From: Octopus sinensis
Taxonomy: Eukaryota
Length of the DNA: 64,000 nucleotides
Direction: 5' to 3'
Assembly (NCBI RefSeq): GCF_006345805.1
Contig: NC_043001.1
Location: 22,568,001 to 22,632,000 of the forward strand
Shown here: positions 63,553 through 64,000 of the stretch, piece by piece
How the letters are laid out: the number at the start of each line of letters is the position of its first letter
How positions within the stretch are numbered: the first letter of the stretch is position 1
Notes under the pieces: model-generated
The model's input: the letters and a program-made list of their open reading frames with translations, nothing else
What the model was told of the DNA's origin: nothing
Database searches by the model: none
Program-made: the position numbers and the translations under genes

Positions 63553-63599
<47 letters not shown>

Positions 63600-64000
63600 T
63601 GTTATTGTACTAATACTATTATTACATTTTTATATGGCGTCAAAAGTTGAATAAATCAAATAATGATTTTCCTATGAGGAACGTGAAAAACGTCTTTCTG
63701 AGGACTTCCCCAAACTGGGGATACGATTGCTAATTATGTCTTATGAGAATATAAATTACCCCGGGAAAAGTTTTCCCCTTCTATTTATTCCAGTTGTTGT
63801 TAGTGGTGTTGTCAATAATTGTTTGTTTGTTTGTTTGTGGTGTCTTAATTTTCATCTACCTCCCCACATCACTTTCGGTATCATCTTTGTCAACCTTAAT
63901 GTATAATCTATACCTTGATATCCGATATCTTTTATTTTATTAATCTTCCAGATTCAGTGATTCACTTCAAATAAAGTAGTACACACGTGTATGCGGCATC

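Overview
AT-rich, repeat-dense eukaryotic DNA. The SINE and RTE-LINE families look like those of Octopus (inference from familiarity, not a database hit). The only confidently identifiable gene is VPS18 (HOPS/CORVET subunit) on the minus strand. Eleven coding exons (20505 down to 656) splice into about 345 in-frame codons, and the gene continues off the left edge. One VPS18 intron (about 740-4135) carries minor-spliceosome (U12) signals, and its best in-frame solution has non-canonical AT-AA ends. The rest is mostly transposon debris: about 30 RTE-LINE 3' ends with a structured ~60-bp tandem-repeat module, three tRNA-derived SINE families, CR1, Tx1 and REL-endonuclease (R4/Dong-like) LINE fragments, a full-length defective mariner, piggyBac-type MITEs, a Helitron-like 5' end, two degenerate Penelope-type hammerhead ribozymes and an 18S rRNA fragment. 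A unique, stop-riddled reading frame at about 61750-63120 shows colinear resemblance to negative-strand RNA virus polymerase motifs and is a tentative endogenous viral element. TE coordinates are approximate (tens of bp); VPS18 exon coordinates were counted base by base.
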